Below, one piece after another: positions 59,777-64,000 of a stretch of DNA of 64,000 nt. Positions within the stretch are counted from its first letter, which is position 1; every line of letters begins with the position of its first letter. Location of the stretch: the IMG/VR virus record IMGVR_UViG_3300046167_000884, positions 32,001 through 96,000 of that record. The stretch is one strand, 5' to 3'. The notes under the pieces are model-generated. The model was not told the DNA's origin, made no database searches, and was given only the letters and a program-made list of their open reading frames with translations. Source of the stretch: a virus. The translations under genes were made by a program, and so were the position numbers.

Positions 59777-62126
59777 ATGGCAGAAACATTATTATCTCCA
59801 GGTGTATTAGCTAGAGAAAACGACCAATCATTTATTACTCAACAACCCTGCAGAAATTGGTGCTGCTATTATAGGACCAGCTGCTTTAGGACCTGTTGAA
59901 GTACCTACATTGGTTACTTCTTTTAGTGAATATACAGCAATTTTTGGTACTACCGTACAAAGTGCATCAATTGCTTATTCGTATTTGACTTCATTAGCAG
60001 CAAATAATTATTTCCAAAGTGGTGGAACAAGCTTATTAGTTACTAGAGTAACTCCAGAAACCTTTACTTCTGCTACAAGCTCATTTATTAGTACAGTTGA
60101 TGGTTCGGAATTAAAAACGGGTGATACTAATGCCGCAGCCTTATTTGCTGAGGGCGTTGATGCTGGTTCAGATTTTACAGGTTCGGGTACAGTAACTTAT
60201 ACCGGAGCTACATTTACAACAAATGGTAGTGGAACAGGAGCAACATTTAATTTAGTTACAACTGCTGGAGCTCCAGTAGCAGTAACAGCTTCAGTCGCGG
60301 GTACAGGATACGATCTAGGAGATACACTAACATTTTCTACAAATGATAATGGTGGTTCTCCTTTAGTAACAACTGAACTATCCGGATCAACTTCATTTGC
60401 AGCCGACGATGATTATGATGCAGGTACAATTACTATTGCTCCCTCAACAACTACTTCAACAGATGTAACAGGTCAAACTTGGTCTTTAACTTTTGCTGGA
60501 GATACAGGAACTACTGATGCCCATTTAACAACAATTACCGCTACTACTGCTGGAGAAGGAGTTAAAGCTGGAGATATATTTAGTTGGACAGCAGCAGATA
60601 TTAATACTGAATTAGGTGGTACCTCAGCTGGGGTAACTAATATAGTACTTACAGTACAAGAAGCTGATTTAGTAGCTGGAACATTTACAGTAACTTTAGC
60701 TGCCGGAAATTTAACAGATGATGTTACACCTTTTGAATTAGAAACAATCTCAGAAGGGGCAATAATGAATACAGGAACAACTGAACTATCAGGAGGTGCC
60801 TTAGAAACAGGATCAGCAGAAAATGTTCGTTGGTCAATCCCTTCAGTAAACACAGCCTCAGGAACTTTTAGTTTACTTATTCGTAGAGGTAACGATAATA
60901 CAAACCAACAAGTAGTATTAGAACAATACAATAATTTATCATTAGACCCATATCAACCAAATTATATATCAGCACAAATTGGTGATATTAATAGAAATTT
61001 AGTTAATGAGGGATCAGATTACTTTATCCAAGAATCAGGATCTTATGCTAATTTATCAAGATATGTAAGAGTAAAATCAGTAAATTTAAAAACACCAAAT
61101 TATTTCGATAATAATGGTCAAGCAAAATCTCAATTTACAGGTTCTTTACCAGCAGTATCTTCTGGTTCATTTAATGGAGCTAGTGGGGAAAATATAACAA
61201 CTGCTACTTCAGGACGTGTTGCTAACTTTTATGGAAACATAGGAGATGGTGCTGCATTTGATACACAAGGATTAACTGGTAGTAATTATGATAACGCAAT
61301 TGCTTTACTAGGAAATGTAGATGAATACAAGTATAATGTTATTAGTGCTCCTGGGTTACTTAACGCAACTCACGCAACTCAAACAACAAATTTGCTATCA
61401 AACACAATCCAAAGAGGAGATGCAATCGCAGTACTAGATTTAGTAAAATATGGTAGTTCAATAGCATCAGTTTCACAAGCTGCTGCTGCGTTTGATAATA
61501 GTTATGCTGCAACTTATTGGCCATGGGTTCAAATGATTGACCCACAAACAGGCGAATTAGTTTACTCCCCAGCCTCAACTGTAATCCCTGGAGTGTATGT
61601 ATTTACAGATGCTTCAAGCGAACCATGGTTTGCACCTGCTGGATTAACTAGAGGAGCTTTGGGTCAAGTAGTTAGAGCTGAAAGAAAATTATCTGCAACA
61701 AATAGAGATACTTTATATGAAGCAAATGTTAACCCACTTGCAACATTCCCACAATCAGGAGTAGTTGTATTTGGTCAGAAAACATTACAAAAACGTGCTA
61801 GTGCTTTAGATAGAGTAAATGTACGTAGATTGTTAATATCTCTTAAAGGATTTATTTCTGGGGTAGCTGATAATTTAGTATTTGAACAAAATACTATTGC
61901 TACAAGAAACAATTTCTTAAGTGTAGTTAATCCTTATTTAGAAGGAGTACAACAAAGACAAGGATTGTATGCTTTTAAAGTAGTAATGGATGATACAAAT
62001 AATACAGCATCAACTATAGATAGGAATGAGTTAGTAGGACAAATATTTTTACAACCAACTAAAACAGCTGAATTTGTAATATTAGATTTCAATGTATTAC
62101 CAACTGGAGCAACATTCCCAGCATAA
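59777..62126 (+). CDS. gp18: Tail sheath protein (T4 gp18-like), frameshift near 59848
   Basis: MAETLLSPGVLAREND start; YAATYWPWV, PWFAPAGLTRG, VFGQKTLQ, DRVNVRRLL, FEQN, FLQPTKTAEF. Confidence 0.95.
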
Positions 62127-62141
62127 AAAATAAAAAGATAA

Positions 62142-62151
62142 ATATTTATAA
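62142..62151 (+). promoter_or_regulatory. Putative late promoter ATATTTATAA (tube)
   Basis: Recurrent motif. Confidence 0.7.
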
Positions 62152-62168
62152 TAAAATAAAATAATAAA

Positions 62169-62657
62169 ATGGCAGTATTAGATCCAAACGAAATATTTTT
62201 CACAGCTTTTGAGCCAAAACAAGCAAATAGATTTGTCATGTATATTGATGGTATTCCAGCTTATTTAGTAAAAGAAGTAGGGGCTGTAACCTTATCACAA
62301 GGTACAGTTGAATTAAATCATATGAATGTATCAAGATATGTAAAAGGAAAATCCACTTGGGATCCAATCTCTTTAACATTATTTGACCCAATCACCCCTT
62401 CTGGAGCACAAGCAACTATGGAATGGGTACGTTTACACCACGAATCAGTTACTGGTCGTGATGGGTATAGTGATTTTTATAAAAAAGATCTTACTTTTAA
62501 CGTACTAGGACCTGTAGGAGATATTGTATCTGAATGGATTATAAAAGGTGCATTTATTACAAATACATCATTTGGAGATTATAATTGGGATACTGTAGAT
62601 ACTGCTCAGAACATAAGCATTACAGTACAACCAGATTATTGTATCTTAAACTTCTAA
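62169..62657 (+). CDS. gp19: Tail tube protein (T4 gp19-like)
   Basis: EPKQANRF, W.PISLTLFDP, MEWVRLHHES.TGRDGY, EWIIKGAF. Confidence 0.92.
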   Translation: MAVLDPNEIFFTAFEPKQANRFVMYIDGIPAYLVKEVGAVTLSQGTVELNHMNVSRYVKGKSTWDPISLTLFDPITPSGAQATMEWVRLHHESVTGRDGYSDFYKKDLTFNVLGPVGDIVSEWIIKGAFITNTSFGDYNWDTVDTAQNISITVQPDYCILNF

Positions 62658-62686
62658 AAATTTTACCCACCCCTGATTTAGAAAAT

Positions 62687-62710
62687 AGCTTGGCTCCGGT
62701 CAAGCTTTTT
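62687..62710 (+). terminator. Rho-independent terminator after tail tube
   Basis: agcttggc-tccg-gtcaagct + T run. Confidence 0.8.
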
Positions 62711-62720
62711 CTTATATTAA
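62689..62720 (+). promoter_or_regulatory. Bacteroidota-type promoter followed by late motif ATATGTATAA
   Basis: CTTG-N20-TATATT. Confidence 0.5.
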
Positions 62721-62759
62721 TATGTATAAATGTAAAAACGTTTTAATTAAATAAAGATT

Positions 62760-63497
62760 ATGTCCAAATTTAAAATACCCACTGAAACAGTAACATTACC
62801 CTCAAAAGGACTTCTATATCCAAAAGACCATCCATTAGCTGATGGTACAATAGAAATGAAATATATGACTGCCAAAGAAGAAGATATTCTCACTAATGCT
62901 ACTTATATTAGTGATGGGTCAGTAATTGATAGAGTATTAAAAGCATTAGTAGTTACCGATTTTAACTGGGGTGACCTATTAATTGGTGATAAAAATGCTG
63001 TTATGGTAGCAGCTAGAGTTTTAGGGTATGGGAAAGATTATACTTTTAATTATAATGGAAAAAAACAAACAGTAGATTTATCTAAAATAGAAGATAAAGA
63101 AATTGATGAAGATTTATACAAAAGTGGGAATAGTTTTTCTTTCACTCTTCCCCATTCTGGTAATGTAGTTACCTATAAACTACTTACAGCATCTGACGAA
63201 ATCAAAATTCAAAATGAGCTAAAAGGGTTAAAAAAGATTAGTAAAGACAATGTACCTGAAGCTACTACTAGGTTAAAATATATGATTCAATCTATCGAAG
63301 GAGATAATGATAGAAAAACAGTAAGAGACTTTGTTGAGAATTATTTATTAGCTCGAGATGCTCGAGCACTCCGAGAAAACATATTACAAACCCAACCAGA
63401 CGTAGATCTGACTTTTTTTCCCGAAAACGGAACTAACAGGGTTAATATCCCCATTGGAATTAACTTTTTTTGGCCTGACATTGACGTCAGCTCCTAA
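62760..63497 (+). CDS. Tail assembly chaperone / baseplate hub assembly protein (gp26-like)
   Basis: LPSKGLLY, MKYMTAKEEDIL, LLIGDKNAVMVAARVLGYG; ends FFWPD. Confidence 0.75.
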   Translation: MSKFKIPTETVTLPSKGLLYPKDHPLADGTIEMKYMTAKEEDILTNATYISDGSVIDRVLKALVVTDFNWGDLLIGDKNAVMVAARVLGYGKDYTFNYNGKKQTVDLSKIEDKEIDEDLYKSGNSFSFTLPHSGNVVTYKLLTASDEIKIQNELKGLKKISKDNVPEATTRLKYMIQSIEGDNDRKTVRDFVENYLLARDARALRENILQTQPDVDLTFFPENGTNRVNIPIGINFFWPDIDVSS

Positions 63498-63747
63498 AGT
63501 TAGACAAAATTTATTTAGACAAATCCATGAAATAGTTTTTCATGGTAAAGGTGGATATGATTGGCATACTATATATAATATGCCAATTTGGCTTCGTAAA
63601 TATACTTTTAAATTAATTTCTGATTTTTATAAAGAAGAAACCGAATCCTTTAAAAAAGCACAAGAGGGTAAAGACAAAAAATCACTTATTAATTCTGATG
63701 GTAAAGTAAGTTCCCCTAATTTTAAGAATACAACTAGTTATAAATAA
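63454..63747 (+). CDS. Overlapping downstream ORF, probable frameshift extension of the chaperone
   Basis: No ATG near its start; FFGLT overlaps FFWPD at a T7 run; QIHEIVFHGKGGYDW..YNMPIWLR. Confidence 0.6.
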   Translation: MELTFFGLTLTSAPKVRQNLFRQIHEIVFHGKGGYDWHTIYNMPIWLRKYTFKLISDFYKEETESFKKAQEGKDKKSLINSDGKVSSPNFKNTTSYK

Positions 63748-63763
63748 AAAGTAAAAATATTTA

Positions 63764-63773
63764 ATATTTATAA
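63764..63773 (+). promoter_or_regulatory. Putative late promoter ATATTTATAA (tape measure)
   Basis: Recurrent motif. Confidence 0.65.
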
Positions 63774-63785
63774 CAAAATACTTCA

Positions 63786-64000
63786 ATGGCAACCAATTCA
63801 GAATTAGAAAAAGGTAAAAATCTTATAAAAGACCAATCTACAGAAGTTGGTTTTTTAGATAGTGCCTTTAAATCATTAGCAGCTACTATATCTACTACTC
63901 TAGAAGATGCTATTGATAATATGAATGGTTTAGATACTGTTGCTAAAAAAGTAGCACAATCCTATAATAGAGATATTACAAATTCTATTAAAAAATCAAC
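63786..64000 (+). CDS. Probable tape measure protein, 3'-truncated
   Basis: MATNSELEKGKNLIKDQ.. helical; follows tube and chaperone genes; late motif upstream. Confidence 0.55.
   Translation, partial: MATNSELEKGKNLIKDQSTEVGFLDSAFKSLAATISTTLEDAIDNMNGLDTVAKKVAQSYNRDITNSIKKS

Noticed and set aside
50808-59910. Pseudogenisation of the neck, cysC, glycosyltransferase and sheath genes
   Set aside because: Motifs continue intact in the adjacent frame after single indels, and the sheath and tail terminator are essential.

Overview
A 64-kb segment of a large, AT-rich, T4-like contractile-tailed (jumbo-type) phage genome. All credible genes are on the + strand; the minus-strand ORFs are shadows. Left end: a very long Gly-X-Y (GTS/GSS) repeat fibre protein ending in a Peptidase S74 chaperone, a second Cys-rich fibre, and a sulfotransferase/hydroxylase/glycosyltransferase cluster, then a GIY-YIG nuclease, primase and exonuclease. 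From about 15 to 33 kb lies an island of probable head-packaged proteins studded with [IL]-x-E prohead-protease-type sites. The island ends in a tandem array of six unrelated acidic payloads that share the leader MDNFDLKKYLAEG(R/K)L, plus a 21-aa Cys-rich micro-ORF and an empty leader-only copy. This array resembles the T4 internal-protein capsid-targeting system and is the best candidate for a novel system. Next come a spanin-like overlapping pair, terminase, portal, prohead protease, scaffold, major capsid protein, PhoH and neck genes. A PAPS/sugar-nucleotide/glycosyltransferase operon follows, then tail sheath, tail tube, a probable frameshift-linked tail chaperone pair and the start of a probable tape measure gene. 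TTTG-N20-TAnnTT promoters, A-rich start contexts without Shine-Dalgarno sites, and a Q-rule signal peptide point to a Bacteroidota host (inference). Many single-base indels break genes at about 0.6-10 kb, 36.5 kb and 51-60 kb, including the essential sheath gene, so they are read as sequencing or assembly errors. No tRNA, rRNA or CRISPR array was seen. Family assignments come from motif recognition by eye, not database searches.
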